A stretch of 63,614 nt of DNA, the filler included, from Octopus bimaculoides (lineage: Eukaryota): NCBI RefSeq assembly GCF_001194135.2. It is 6 parts of 6 records of this genome, joined end to end, with 100 filler letters (N's around TTAATTAATTAA, not from the genome) between each part and the next. Parts side by side here need not be neighbours in the genome. Positions count along the whole stretch, not along the records: positions 38,467 to 59,307 come from NC_068988.1; positions 59,408 to 61,197 come from NC_069004.1; positions 61,298 to 63,614 come from NC_069003.1; 3 more parts are not named here. One strand, written 5' to 3'. The position numbers and the translations under genes were made by a program. Shown piece after piece: positions 51,336-63,614 of this stretch. The notes under the pieces are model-generated. The model had not been told where the DNA came from and searched no databases. It saw only the letters and a list, made by a program, of their open reading frames with translations. The first letter of the stretch is position 1. Every line of letters begins with the position of its first letter.

Positions 51336-52399
51336 CGTAAGAAATATGATATTGGCTTAAAATTAATATTATATAGTGGTATTTCAAGAGAATTTAAATA
51401 ACTTCATAGATCAGATTTAACTTTAATATAAATGTAATTAGAGGAGATTTGAGAGAGGAAATTTACAATAGATTTAGTTATGAGACTTTTGTGTGTAAAA
51501 AAATATCACTACGCTAATGTATCAATAAATGAATAAGACATTAATTGCGTTATCAGACTAATATAAATTCATGATTATTTAAGAATTTCATTGAGACACG
51601 TGATGTCTTTTTTACTAAGCTGAACAATAAGAAATCATATGAATCGCAAAATATCAAACGTGGGAACAAAGATTATTATGGAGAGGACGACAAATGGGTA
51701 AAAACAAAAACGGGATTTGAAATTTTATTTCCAGAAGTGGCATGCCAAGATTAAGATGTACCAAATACAGTACACAACAATTGCATCCTTTCACGACACA
51801 AAGTTATGCGAAGTAGAGAGTAAGACATACTTCAGCAACATCCGGCATATCTTGAGTCTCAACGCATAATATACCCTGAGCCCCATATATATTTATCACG
51901 CTATGTATTTCACTGCAGGATATCCCATGTAATACTCCTCACGATATATTAATTAAAACATGTAGAGAAATGTTTTAAACCACACAGGTTATGAACCATT
52001 TAAATTCGTAAGCAAAATAGCAACCCGGAATTACTAATGTTTTATAAAGTTAATTACGGGAATTAATCATAATATTCGTCAAGAATTTCCGGCAGAAGAT
52101 TGCATTGTACACAGATTAACTTTTAAAGTATTTATAATTAACAATTTCCTCAGTTATATATCTGCTTCTCAGTATTAATCGTATAGTAAATAAACAGTTC
52201 TGTAACGTAAGAAAAAGAAAACCGGAAGTCTGAAGTTCATGAACTTTTCATAGCGCGATAGCCTGAATTTCGAAAGTAGGCTTCTCTAAGTAGAGTCTCA
52301 CGACAATTCAGGAGTAGAATCTTCAATCTCCCCACAAAACCACACACACGCACACACACACGTGCTCGCATACACACTCAAATATTATACGTATATATA

Positions 52400-52620
52400 T
52401 ATACATGTATAAGTATGTATGTGTGTATCTTTGCGTTTCTGTTTGTCTCCCGACACTGCTAAAAATATGGTATTGGTTTATTTACGTCCCCACACCTAGC
52501 GGTTTGGTAACAGAAACTGATATAGTATATACTTAAATAGAAGTACTGGGTCTTCTGCTTTCGACTATCTACTCCGGCATAACCGAAGCCCAAGAACTGA
52601 AACAAGTAAAATATAAAAGA
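52400..52620 (+). mobile_element. SINE family B 3' fragment
   Basis: 'tttacgtcccc..gcggtttgg..aagtactggg..tcgacta..actgaaacaagtaaaa'. Confidence 0.6.
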
Positions 52621-54069
52621 TATACTATGTATGTGCTTGTCTTTGTGGTCTGTGTACGTGTGTGTGTGCGTGTGAGTGTGCGAATAAGTAGTCTGTAAAC
52701 ATGTCCATCTACATTTTCTTTTTTGTTGGTTTTTAAATAAGTATGAAGAGGAAATTAGTAGAAATCATCTCGCGGAAACAAAACAACACATGTTGCCCGC
52801 CTCTCTAACAAATGATCACTGCACATTACATTCCATTTGACTTGACTGAGTTTACATCAGAGACTGGCGACGAGCGTCTTTAGGATATTACATGAAATAA
52901 TTTATCATTTAATTATATGTCTTGTACAGACTGCGTTTCGTTTCTCTTATATTTTTATTCTTTGCTATTATTATTTTCTTTTTACATTATTTATTTCACA
53001 TCATTTGTTTTGTTTTGTGATTCTCTCTCTTCTGGCCTGACGCTCGTCTTGTCTAACAAATTCTCTCCCATACTTCTCAATCATTTCATGAATGCATGAC
53101 ATTTGTACCTCACATTTTGTTTTCATTATCTTCTCTTTGTTAATGTCTTTTATCACATATTTCTTTTATAACAGGCATCAGTCATGATCTAGCTAATCCA
53201 TGGCCCCTGGTCACGCCAGATATCTTTCAAATTCTTTCTGTGGTATAATTAAAGTTTTGGTTGCATTTCTCCCCATTTTTTTTATTATATATATTTGTGT
53301 TCATTTATACTGTCCTTTTTATCTTTTCCTTTCTTTCTTTTGTACAATATCTCAGAATATATGTAATTTATTACAGGAACAAAAGCGAATCCATCAAAGC
53401 AGTAATAAAAGGAAACATAAACAGCAAAAAAAATATGATAAAAGATCAAACGTAAAACTTAAAGACAAACCTAGGCGTGTGATAGGATGGAGAAAGCCAA
53501 AAGTACGAAATTAATAACTGAAAAGATAACAGTACTTGTGGTTTCTCTTAATATAACTATGATTGTAGAACATGAAGAATAGCTCGGATATAATTATTTC
53601 ATTTCATATGTATTTCATTCATTCTCTGAAAATCGAAGCAACAAAGTTTAGCTCAAGATTAATTCTGATCACAACTTTTAAGGTAAAATATATTACGTTA
53701 TCCGAGGAAATTGGGTTTATGGAAGCAGAAATCTATTTTGCCAGACTGCAAAACACTAAGAAAACGTCTGCTGTATGGTTTGACTATTTTAATAATGGTA
53801 TGTTTTCTTCGTTTTCTCCTATTTTCAAACACACACACACACACACATGTATGTATGTAGGTATTTTAGCATGTGTGAGTATTAGTGTATTTTTGTTTGT
53901 GCGTATATGTATGTATATATATATATATATATNNNNNNNNNNNNNNNNNNNNNNNNNNNNNNNNNNNNNNNNNNNNNNNNNNNNNNNNNNNNNNNNNNNN
54001 NNNNNNNNNNNNNNNNNNNNNNNNNNNNNNNNNNNNNNNNNNNNNNNNNNNNNNNNNNNNNNNNNNNNN

Positions 54070-54137
<68 letters not shown>

Positions 54138-54762
54138 TGTGTCTGTGTGTCTGTATCTGTGTGTCCGGCGAAAGAAATGATATCGAGCTGCATATATTGT
54201 ATTAGAATCGGATTCGGAGAGGTATGTGTAATAGTCAAGAATATAGAGACTATATCTGGGTGAGGACATGTGGAAAGAAGGGCTGAAATATTGGACATGT
54301 GTAATAGCAATATTAGATATTTGCGTCGTAACCACGTTCTTTGTTAGTGCACTCTAGTGTTGCTGTGGACGTATGGGCAGGATAGATTTGTAGGTGAAAT
54401 GTTTGTATGCGTAAATGCGTATGTGCGTGTTAGAGTATATATGTACACATCAGCAGGCGGATTTAGAGGTGTCAGTTCTGACTGATTAGAGAAATTCTAT
54501 CTGTTAGTACTGTGGGAATGGAAAAGTCCGATTCGAAGAAAATATTTTTGTTTTTGAGTTTGCATAATAGCATGTAGCTTGTAGTATTAGAATCACCAGA
54601 AGATGGCCGTATTTCGCCGTCACTGGACAGTTAGGATGAAATGGTGACATGTTATGAGGGATATCGATTAAGTGTTCTCTATAGCGATCTAGTATGTGAT
54701 GGTCTAGTTTGTCTATAGATGGAACTTTACAGAAATAGATTTCAATATTGCGTATTAGGTTA

Positions 54763-54975
54763 AGGCAGCGAGTTGGCAGAATCGTTATCACGCTGGGCAA
54801 AATACTTAGTGGCATTTTGTTTGTCTTCACGTACTCAGTTCAGATTCCGCCGAGGTCGACTTTACATCCCATCCTTTCGGAGTCGATAAAATAAGCATCA
54901 ATTGGATACTGGAGTCGATGTAATCGACTCATTCCTCCCCCTCCACCAAATTACTAGCCTTGTGCCAAAATTTAA
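54763..54975 (+). mobile_element. SINE family A
   Basis: 'ggcagcgagttggcagaatcgttatcacg..ccgaggtcgactt..gtcgataaaataag'. Confidence 0.88.
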
Positions 54976-55914
54976 CATGAATACAGAGGGAAGCGTCCGG
55001 GAAATTTGAATGTTAGTATACTTAAAAGCACTTAGGTTTTGGTGATGAATTACAAAATTTGCAATCAGACAAGTTCCAAATTGTTTGAAAAATTAGGTGA
55101 AAACTTCTAAGCTATTTCTTATGAATCGCTAGAAATAAGGGTCACATTTACTGAAAACAACCTATGACTTTCCTTAAGTACAAAGGATACAGTCTGAATG
55201 TATGTAACACAAATTCTTTTCCTACATGTGTAAGACTTTAAGGGCCAAGCAGTGACTCATGGATATTTGATTGGATTGTTGTGCTGGCAACAATGTCTAG
55301 AGTGATTTGTGTGCGCAACATGTAGGAGTGAACACGCGTTGGCACTTGCGTATGTGCACGCACTCACATTATCTCTTTCTACCTTGTAACTGTTCAAACT
55401 GAATTCATTGTGTAAACTGAAACTAATTAATTCTAAGATATGGTTAAGATGTTAGAAGTATTGTCATTCTCTTTCTTCCTCCTTTTAGGACTGCTTTCAA
55501 TGCACACCTCATTATTCTCAAAGAAACATTATAGTTCCCACTCCACGCTAACTAATGGATGACTTGAAAAATTATGGAGTGTTGCCCAGCCTTTGAACTT
55601 TCTGCTGTGGGAAATATTTATAAACGTATAGACAGTTATACACCACATCCTCAAGTTCTCAAAAGTTTAAACGCTCTACCTCTAACGTAGTGTAGAGGTA
55701 AACTTTCGTATTTAACTTTTTATCGATTATATATGTTAATATATATAAATTCTTGCAAGAAATATGTGCATCATTTAATGTTTACCGCTCGCAGTATCTT
55801 GGCAACATTATGATAACTCTCGCTCAGATGATGCAGTGGTTCTTTCCTCATCAACTCATTCACCTACCATTTAATCTGTCAATGCAACCGTTGCTACTGC
55901 TGGTGCTTGTATCA

Positions 55915-56320
55915 TTCTTTTCTCCACTAGGCACAAGGCCCGAAATTATTGGAGAGGGGTTCACTCAATTAGATCGACTCCAGTGCGTAACTGGTACTTG
56001 AGTTATCAATCCCGAAAGGATGAAAGGCAAACTTGACCTCAGTGGAATTTGAACTCAGAATGTAACGGCAGACGAAATACCGCTAAGCATTTCGCCCTGT
56101 TTGCTAGCGTCTTTTATTTCTTTATTGCCCACAAGGGGCCACACATAGAGGGGACAAACAAGGACAGACAAAAAGATTAAGTCGATTACATCGACCGCAG
56201 CGCGTGATTTGTACTTAATTTATCAACTCCGAAAGGATAAAAAGCAAAGTCGACCTCGGTGGAATTTGAACTCAGAACGTAACGGCAGATGAAATACCGC
56301 TAACCATTTCGCTCGGTGTG
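55915..56320 (-). mobile_element. SINE family A, two tandem copies
   Basis: Two 'gaaaggat.aaa.gcaaa.t.gacctc.gtggaatttgaactcagaa' blocks; carries the same 'tctttattgcccacaagggg' tail as 7630-7692. Confidence 0.9.
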
Positions 56321-57754
56321 CTTGAATAATTGGAATGGCACATAGCACATTTAGTTTCAGCTTTTCGATTCTTACTTCAAGACCCCACGTAGCCTCAGTG
56401 GCTGCTGTACATCATCTGTTGCTCTATTTAAACAATAATCAGGCATCTCGGGTATCTTTAACATAGGCTACCCTTTCCTAAATATTAAGGCTAAGTGTTT
56501 GGTGCCAGGGGAACTTTCACATTCAAGGCTGACTCGGGGATCCAGAAAATGATCATAGGTGCTGATTTCCCTTATAACTAAGAGTTATAAATATATCATT
56601 CTAAAAAATAGCAAATGACACATAATTGCATAATCACTTTCATCTGATCTTAGTTAATTACGATCAAAAAATTACCAGAGCAGAATTTCTCTTTCTCTTT
56701 TTTCTATTCTCTCCCCTACATACACGCGCACGCGCACACATACACACACATGCACACCCAAGCGTTCGTACACGCACATACACACATACACACACATACA
56801 CACACATACACACAAACAGGCACGCACTCTTTCTCTTTATCTATAAATGTTTCTGTGTGTGTGTGTATGTGAGTGCGTGTGTGTGTTTGCGCGCATGTAT
56901 GTCTATGTATACGTGAGTGCGTGTGTGATGTGTGTATGTGTGTGTGTGTGTGTGTGCATGTATGCATGTGTATGTGTGTTTCCAAAAATAATTATATCCA
57001 TAACACTACCGTCTATTAATACAACCTCACCTCCATCCTCTCCCCACCACCACAACACATCCAAAAGAAAAAAAGAAGAAACTTAATCAAACATTCTACG
57101 GAATCGAAAACATTTGCAGATAATTAACGAAAGAAAACAGTAATATACACGTCGTGATGACATAAAGATAATTAACAGTAATATGCCGGTAGTCATACAA
57201 TCGTATCATATTTCTTTTGTGCGTTATTCCTTTTTTGGTCATATTTGCAGCGTATTTCCTTATGCTTGTATATTCGTTAACTACGTATTAGCTATTATTA
57301 CTATTCCGTGATTTTTATTATAACATGGTTATATTAATTATTTGCATGATTTCATATAATTTTGCGGAATATTTATGTAACTTTTTTTTTAAAGAATCCT
57401 CCAAACAACAATGAGAACCATTAATAGTTGTGCCTGCGGATAACATTACTTAGTGTGTTACGGTGTGACAAAATTAAAAATATTCTGTATTATTACGCAA
57501 TTTATGTGGCTGTTTCTTCATTGTATTCAGAGTCGTCAGTGTTTTCACTCTGCTGCCTCTTGTATAGATTTTTAACAGAGGGCAAAATGCTACATCATCA
57601 ACAGACTTTTCAAATGATTTCCCTGTGTATCTCTTTTTGGTGCTATATTTATTCTCGTTCGTACTGTATTTGTAAAGAAGGAAGCTTTCTAGAAATGCCT
57701 ATAGAAACAGGTTATTATGAGAACTGATCTCGCTTATAATGTTTTCAACGTATT

Positions 57755-57835
57755 TATCCTTTTATTCTTTTACTTATTTTAGTCATTAGACTACGGCCAT
57801 GCTGGAATACCAACTTTAGTCGAACAAATCCCAGG
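57755..57835 (-). mobile_element. SINE family B tail fragment
   Basis: 'ttttacttattttagtcattagactacggccatgctgga..tttagtcgaacaaat'. Confidence 0.7.
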
Positions 57836-57839
57836 GCAG

Positions 57840-57893
<54 letters not shown>

Positions 57894-58311
57894 NNNNNNN
57901 NNNNNNNNNNNNNNNNNNNNNNNNNNNNNNNNNNNNNNNNNNNNNNNNNNNNNNNNNNNNNNNNNNNNNNNNNNNNNNNNNNNNNNNNNNNNNNNNNNNN
58001 NNNNNNNNNNNNNNNNNNNNNNNNNNNNNNNNNNNNNNNNNNNNNNNNNNNNNNNNNNNNNNNNNNNNNNNNNNNNNNNNNNNNNNNNNNNNNNNNNNNN
58101 NNNNNNNNNNNNNNNNNNNNNNNNNNNNNNNNNNNNNNNNNNNNNNNNNNNNNNNNNNNNNNNNNNNNNNNNNNNNNNNNNNNNNNNNNNNNNNNNNNNN
58201 NNNNNNNNNNNNNNNNNNNNNNNNNNNNNNNNNNNNNNNNNNNNNNNNNNNNNNNNNNNNNGGTTATAGTAGATACCTGTGTAAGTTGCCACAGTATGGC
58301 AAATTCCAGAG

Positions 58312-58520
58312 GCGGCGAGCTGGCGGAAACGTTAGAACGCCGGAATAAATGCTTAGCGGTATTTCGTCTGTCTTTACGCCCTGAGTTCAAATTCCACCGA
58401 AGCCGACTTTGCCTTTCATCCTTCCGGGGTCGATAAATTAAGTGCCAGTTGCGTACTGGTGTCGATCTAATCGACTGAACCCCTCCGCAAACATTTCGGC
58501 CCTTGTGCCTAGAGTAGAAA
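58312..58520 (+). mobile_element. SINE family A
   Basis: 'ggcggcgagctggcggaaacgttag..gagttcaaattccaccga..gtcgataaattaagtgccagtt'. Confidence 0.9.
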
Positions 58521-59269
58521 ATTATGGCGAAACCCAGACCATGCTGCTAGGAAGCGAAACTTTTTACTACACAGCCGCGTCTGCAATTTTATCGGACATA
58601 TTAATTTTCAATCATGTAGAGCTACGTTCGGGAACAGGTAAATTTACTGATGCTAAACTACTCGAGAAAACGTCCAATATACTGGTTCTCGTGTTTTTTT
58701 ATATGTTTGAATTAGACATTACTGTTTTTCTCCATTATCAAATCTAGGTCATTTGAATTATTCTCAGAATTAGATTTATATAAAACTTAATAAAAACATT
58801 ACGGAAATGTACTTGCATAGCAAATGACCTGATGTGAGATCGAGTGCTGAAACGAAAACAGCTGCGGCGTGGAAGGTGATTATAAGCAATTTAAAAACAC
58901 ACAAAAACCCATAGATTTACTTCAACATTTAAATTTTATTTGCCAACCTTATTTATTGTTCCATGATCTATATATCTCTCTCCCATTGCATACATACATG
59001 CATGCATACATACATACATACATAAATACGTACAGATAACGTAAAAATTACAATAGATATAAATTACAGTTTTGTGACGTGTGTATAGAAATAAATTTAT
59101 ATCGATATTCGAAATAATATAGACGAAATGTAAGCAACACCTATGTTAGTACTCTAAAATATATGTGTGCCTAGGTATGTATGTGTGAGTGTGTGTATTT
59201 ATATGTGTGTGTATTTATATATGTGTGTGTGTATGTACATATATAGATACAGCCATGTGTGTAAATGTA

Positions 59270-59307
<38 letters not shown>

Positions 59308-59407
59308 NNNNNNNNNNNNNNNNNNNNNNNNNNNNNNNNNNNNNNNNNNNNTTAATTAATTAANNNNNNNNNNNNNNNNNNNNNNNNNNNNNNNNNNNNN
59401 NNNNNNN

Positions 59408-59457
<50 letters not shown>

Positions 59458-59479
59458 CTCTTGGGTATGCATCTACTGC

Positions 59480-60302
59480 TCAAGTGCATGTATCGACAGT
59501 TCAACCAACACACCAACTCAGTCACATATTTACAAACACCAGGAACCTTCTTAACAATGCATATCTTGAGCTGTCAAAAGATCCTCTGATGAAGCTTGTG
59601 CACCAGCATGATAAAGTAAAGAAGCTATACTCGGTATACAAAGAATCTGTACAGTTTAAGAAACAATTGATGACGGAGGAACCTAGGATGAAGGTGAGTG
59701 AGAAAGTAACCCAGTTTGCTAAAAGAGTTAAGGAAGAGATGAAAAAAACAAGCCCAGAAGAAGAGCAAAGAAGAATAGCTTGAAAAACCGGTGCATGGCT
59801 GATACTCATGTAGAGCGAACAAACCAGACGTAGAAAAACGAGACACTCATGTATGGATGAAGAGCTCAGGACTGAAGGCTGAAACCGAAGGTTTTATCAT
59901 AGCAGCACAAGATCAAAGCTTGGCAACCAGGGCTTACCACAAAATAATGAACTATGGCACTGACCCGAAATGCAGAATGTGCCATGAGCAGGGTGAAAGA
60001 GTGGACCACATCTTAACTGGATGCACAGTGCTTGCAAAAACCGAAAATATTCATAGACACGATAGAGTAGCGCAATATATCCATTGGAAGATATGTAAAC
60101 ACTACTAGCTTCCAACTTCAGAAAGATGGTACCAGCATAAACCTGAAACTGTGACCGGAAAAGATGATGTAACAGTACTCTGGAACATGCCAATCAACGC
60201 CGATAAAGAAATCAAGGCAAACGGGCCGGACATAATCATCAAAGATGGGAAGAATAAGAAATGCTTAATGATAGATGTGACAGTACCATCAGAGAGAAAC
60301 GT
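59480..60302 (+). mobile_element. R4/Dong-like C-terminal fragment (CCHC knuckle, RHD motif, start of RLE)
   Basis: LKAETEGFIIAAQDQSLATR..CRMCHEQGERVDHILTGC..HRHDRVAQYIHWKIC..VLWNMPINADKEIKANGPDIII..CLMIDV; 3'-truncated at about 60302. Confidence 0.9.
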
Positions 60303-60345
60303 GACGCCGGTTCAGCAGAAGACAACGGACCATGCTTTATTTTTT

Positions 60346-60528
60346 AAAATAATCATAATAATAATAATAACAACAACATCGAAAAATACCTTAGGAATGA
60401 GAACCCAGGTTCGAAATTTCCCCAAGACACCTGATGAAGGCTGGAGAGTGTATCAGTCGAAACATTGTGTTAACAACAAACACGATGAGGACAAATATTT
60501 GACAAATGTAAATAATGTAAATAATAAT
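60346..60528 (+). mobile_element. SINE family H, copy 3 (no tRNA head)
   Basis: TAA array, 'catcgaaaaataccttaggaatgagaacccaggttcgaaatttcccc', HHR, tail. Confidence 0.88.
60426..60471 (+). ncRNA. Minimal type I hammerhead, stem III mutated
   Basis: GACAC-CUGAUGA-A-GGCUG-GAGAGUGUAU-CAGUC-GAAA-C-AUU-GUGUU; G16.2>A at 60464 breaks the ACGU palindrome. Confidence 0.7.
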
Positions 60529-61924
60529 ATACATACATACATACATTCATACATGCATTCATACATACATATGCCGGGTGTTGTCCATTAGTGATACTCG
60601 TATTGGATAGGATCCATAAGAAACGCCTGATCACATATTGAGGAGCAAGGCATTACGTGACATACAATCCATCTTCATCTGACCAGTGTGTTTATTCCAT
60701 ATGTTTCGTATATTACATAATTAATTCAAGGGTGACACCAACAAACGTTGCCTACCTCGAGTATAATAATTCAGGAGAGCCAGTTTTAGTATCTGCAGGT
60801 TCCAACGAGTGTCTCTAACGGGGGATACCAGCAACGGGACATCTATATGGTCAATGGACGTGCTAGAAACATCGACGAAATTACTTTTAAATTACACAGA
60901 AAATTATAAAGAAAATGAAAGGATATATAGTTGTTAGATAATATAGTAGTAGGTTCACTTTGATTGATAAAAAAATGTGGGGAGCATCACGGCTGGAATC
61001 CCTTTGATCTCAGGAATGACTGATCAGGGCTCACTTGGGGTCCTCGTCACAATAACAGCAGGCTGACAACTTTCTATATTTGTGTCTAATGAAAGATGAA
61101 TGGATTTTTTCTGCAATATTCCTATGCACGCCCACTGAAGTGTATGTATTTGTGTATATACATATATATACATATACATATACATATACATATATATNNN
61201 NNNNNNNNNNNNNNNNNNNNNNNNNNNNNNNNNNNNNNNNNTTAATTAATTAANNNNNNNNNNNNNNNNNNNNNNNNNNNNNNNNNNNNNNNNNNNNCAT
61301 TATTATAGTTGATGATGATGATGATGGTGGTGATGATGATTTTAATGTTTTCGTTGCTGGCATCTTCGTCGTTGTTGATGCAGTTGAAATTTTAGCTGCT
61401 GATTTAGTTGTTTTAATACTTGTTGTTATTGTTACTGTTGTTGTTGTTGTTATTATCATTATTGTTGTTGTTGCTTTTTCCCCCCCACCAACCGACTAAT
61501 TAACGACATGTGTAACACAAATGATCATAAACCATTTAACCTGTCCTCTCACCTTTTTATTATTATTATTATTTTTCTTTCTCTCTTTATTTCTTTTCTT
61601 TCTCACAACAGTCTGCACCACACTGCCTTTCCATAAGTACTTCGGGACACCTTAACCCCCTCCCCCAGCAGATCACCGCACACCCCCAAACACATCGACA
61701 CCCTCTTTCCCATCTTTACAAGGCCACAGACACCCGTGACCCCCCCCCCATGCATTTATTATTTCAATAGCCTCCGAAACAAGCCATCTCCCTCAAATAA
61801 TGATCGTACGTTATACTATATAACATTACAATATGCTACATGGTTACACTACATTATGTATACATGGTCATATTGATGGTAGAAAATATACAATATTTAT
61901 TGAAGACAGAGACGGTATTAATGA

Positions 61925-62140
61925 TCCTTTCTACTATAGGCACAAAGCCTAAAATTAGGGGGAGGGGGCCAGTCGATTACATCGACCTGAGTACACAACT
62001 GGTACTTAATTTATCGACCCCAAAACGATGAAAGGCAAAGTCGACCTCGGCGGAAGTTGAACACGCAACGTAGCAGCGGACGAAATACCGTTAAGCATTT
62101 TGCCCGGTGTGCTAACAACTGCGCCAGCTCGCCACCTTAG
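61925..62140 (-). mobile_element. SINE family A
   Basis: 'aactggtacttaatttatcgaccccaaaacgatgaaaggcaaagtcgacctcggcggaa..gccagctcgccacctt'. Confidence 0.9.
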
Positions 62141-62672
62141 GGGCGGTATTAATATTGAGAGGTAATATCTATCCCCTCTTAAACATGGATGTTCTTATAG
62201 AGCAAACTATACTGCAGTAAATACAATGAGAGAAACTCTCATGCTGGCTTTTGGTGCAAAATGCGCTCTTGTTTATATTGTCTGCGGAGAAATAAGATAC
62301 TACAAGATATTGCCAAGATACTACATGATACTACATTTTTTCTCCGTTTTTTCTTTCGTTTCCTCTGAATCCTTTCTGTCGAAGAGCGTAGGCTCGAAGC
62401 ATCAAATACTTTTCCATTCTTCCCGAGCTTGAAACCAACACGCCTGCTTGTTGTTCCTTCACCAATTTTTCGTCTTTCGATTCCTATAAATTTGAACTAT
62501 ATATAGTTCACATTGCTTAAATAAATGGAGTCGCATGAAACGATCGCACTGCATTAACTTTGGATATTCTTGTTGCTTATTTTGATTATAATCACCTTAT
62601 TTTGAAATTGTATGGATAGTACCATACTTAATTCTGGTGCCTAAACTTAAGTACCATATTCACCTTGAATCT

Positions 62673-62736
62673 ATATTATATTATATTATATTATATTATA
62701 TTATATTATATTATATTATATTATATTATATTATAT
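62673..62736. repeat. (ATATT)n pentanucleotide repeat
   Basis: Read directly. Confidence 0.95.
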
Positions 62737-63135
62737 AAACGCTCGTTTTTTAGATATACAAAAAAAACATAACATCGAATCACATTCCATTACGAATGGA
62801 GAGAGGGAGGGAGGCAAGGCAGCCATATTGAACCCGTCCAGCAACAAAAACAACATGAACAACAACATTACCAGTGACCCAATCATAATTAGCTTATTTC
62901 GTTATATGTCATTATAACATTAATTAGGCTGTTTACTCTATTTATAAAACTATCAGAAAAAAAAAAACGACCTGACGAGTGTTCATCATCGAAATAATTG
63001 ATGTGAATATTAATAATAATGATAACCTTGGTTTCTTTTATTGTTTAATAACAATTTCTGTTATAAACAAGAATAATGATGATGATGGTGATGACGATGA
63101 CGATGATGATGATGATGACAACGATGATGAAAACG

Positions 63136-63167
<32 letters not shown>

Positions 63168-63168
<1 letters not shown>

Positions 63169-63385
63169 GTTTCAAATTTTGCCACAGGAGCGGCAGTTTG
63201 GACGGAGAGGATGAGTCGATTACGTCGACCCCAGTGTTTAACTGGTACTTGTTTTATCAATCCCGAAAGGATGAAAGGCAAAGTTGACCTCGGCGGAATT
63301 TGAACTACTCAGATCGTAAAAACGGACGAAATGCCGCTAAGCATTTTGCCCAGCATGCTAACGATTCTGCCAGGTCGCCGCCTTA
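63168..63385 (-). mobile_element. SINE family A
   Basis: 'gtcgaccccagtgtttaactggtactt..gaaaggatgaaaggcaaagttgacctcggcggaatttgaact..gattctgccaggtcgccgcctt'. Confidence 0.9.
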
Positions 63386-63529
63386 ATAATAATAATAATA
63401 GTAACAATAATAATGATAATAATAATAATAACAATAAGAAGAAGGAGAAAGAATGATTATAATTTTAATAAAGGTAATCATACAAACACATACACAGAAG
63501 CTCATAATCACATATACATTCTCAAACAC

Positions 63530-63556
63530 AGAAACACACACACACACACACACAAA

Positions 63557-63614
<58 letters not shown>
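63530..63614. repeat. (CA)n microsatellite
   Basis: Read directly. Confidence 0.95.

Noticed and set aside
59585-59620. CTGATGAAG motif (also CTGAAGAG at 15661 and 25131, CTGACGAG at 62992)
   Set aside because: Lie in retrotransposon coding frames or lack a paired stem II/GAAA arrangement; chance matches.

Overview
AT-rich, microsatellite-dense metazoan genomic DNA with many N gaps. The SINE repertoire looks like that of Octopus (cephalopod); this is inferred from recalled repeat families, not from a search. I can support no intact host protein-coding gene. The window is a mosaic of tRNA-derived SINEs (at least four families), decayed non-LTR retrotransposons (R4/Dong-like RLE elements, L1/Tx1, RTE, CR1), mariner-type ends/MITE, a small CSDE1/UNR cold-shock-domain pseudogene fragment and simple repeats. 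The main signal is a set of minimal type I hammerhead ribozyme (HHR) motifs of the kind known from Penelope-like elements. One copy with every core nucleotide intact (18075-18120, minus) lies in the 3' body of a tRNA-headed, (TAA)n-containing SINE that occurs three times in the window. Additional related or unrelated HHR motifs lie at 1358-1402, 20164-20204 and, less certainly, 34940-34984 and 35722-35770. All folds were done by eye.
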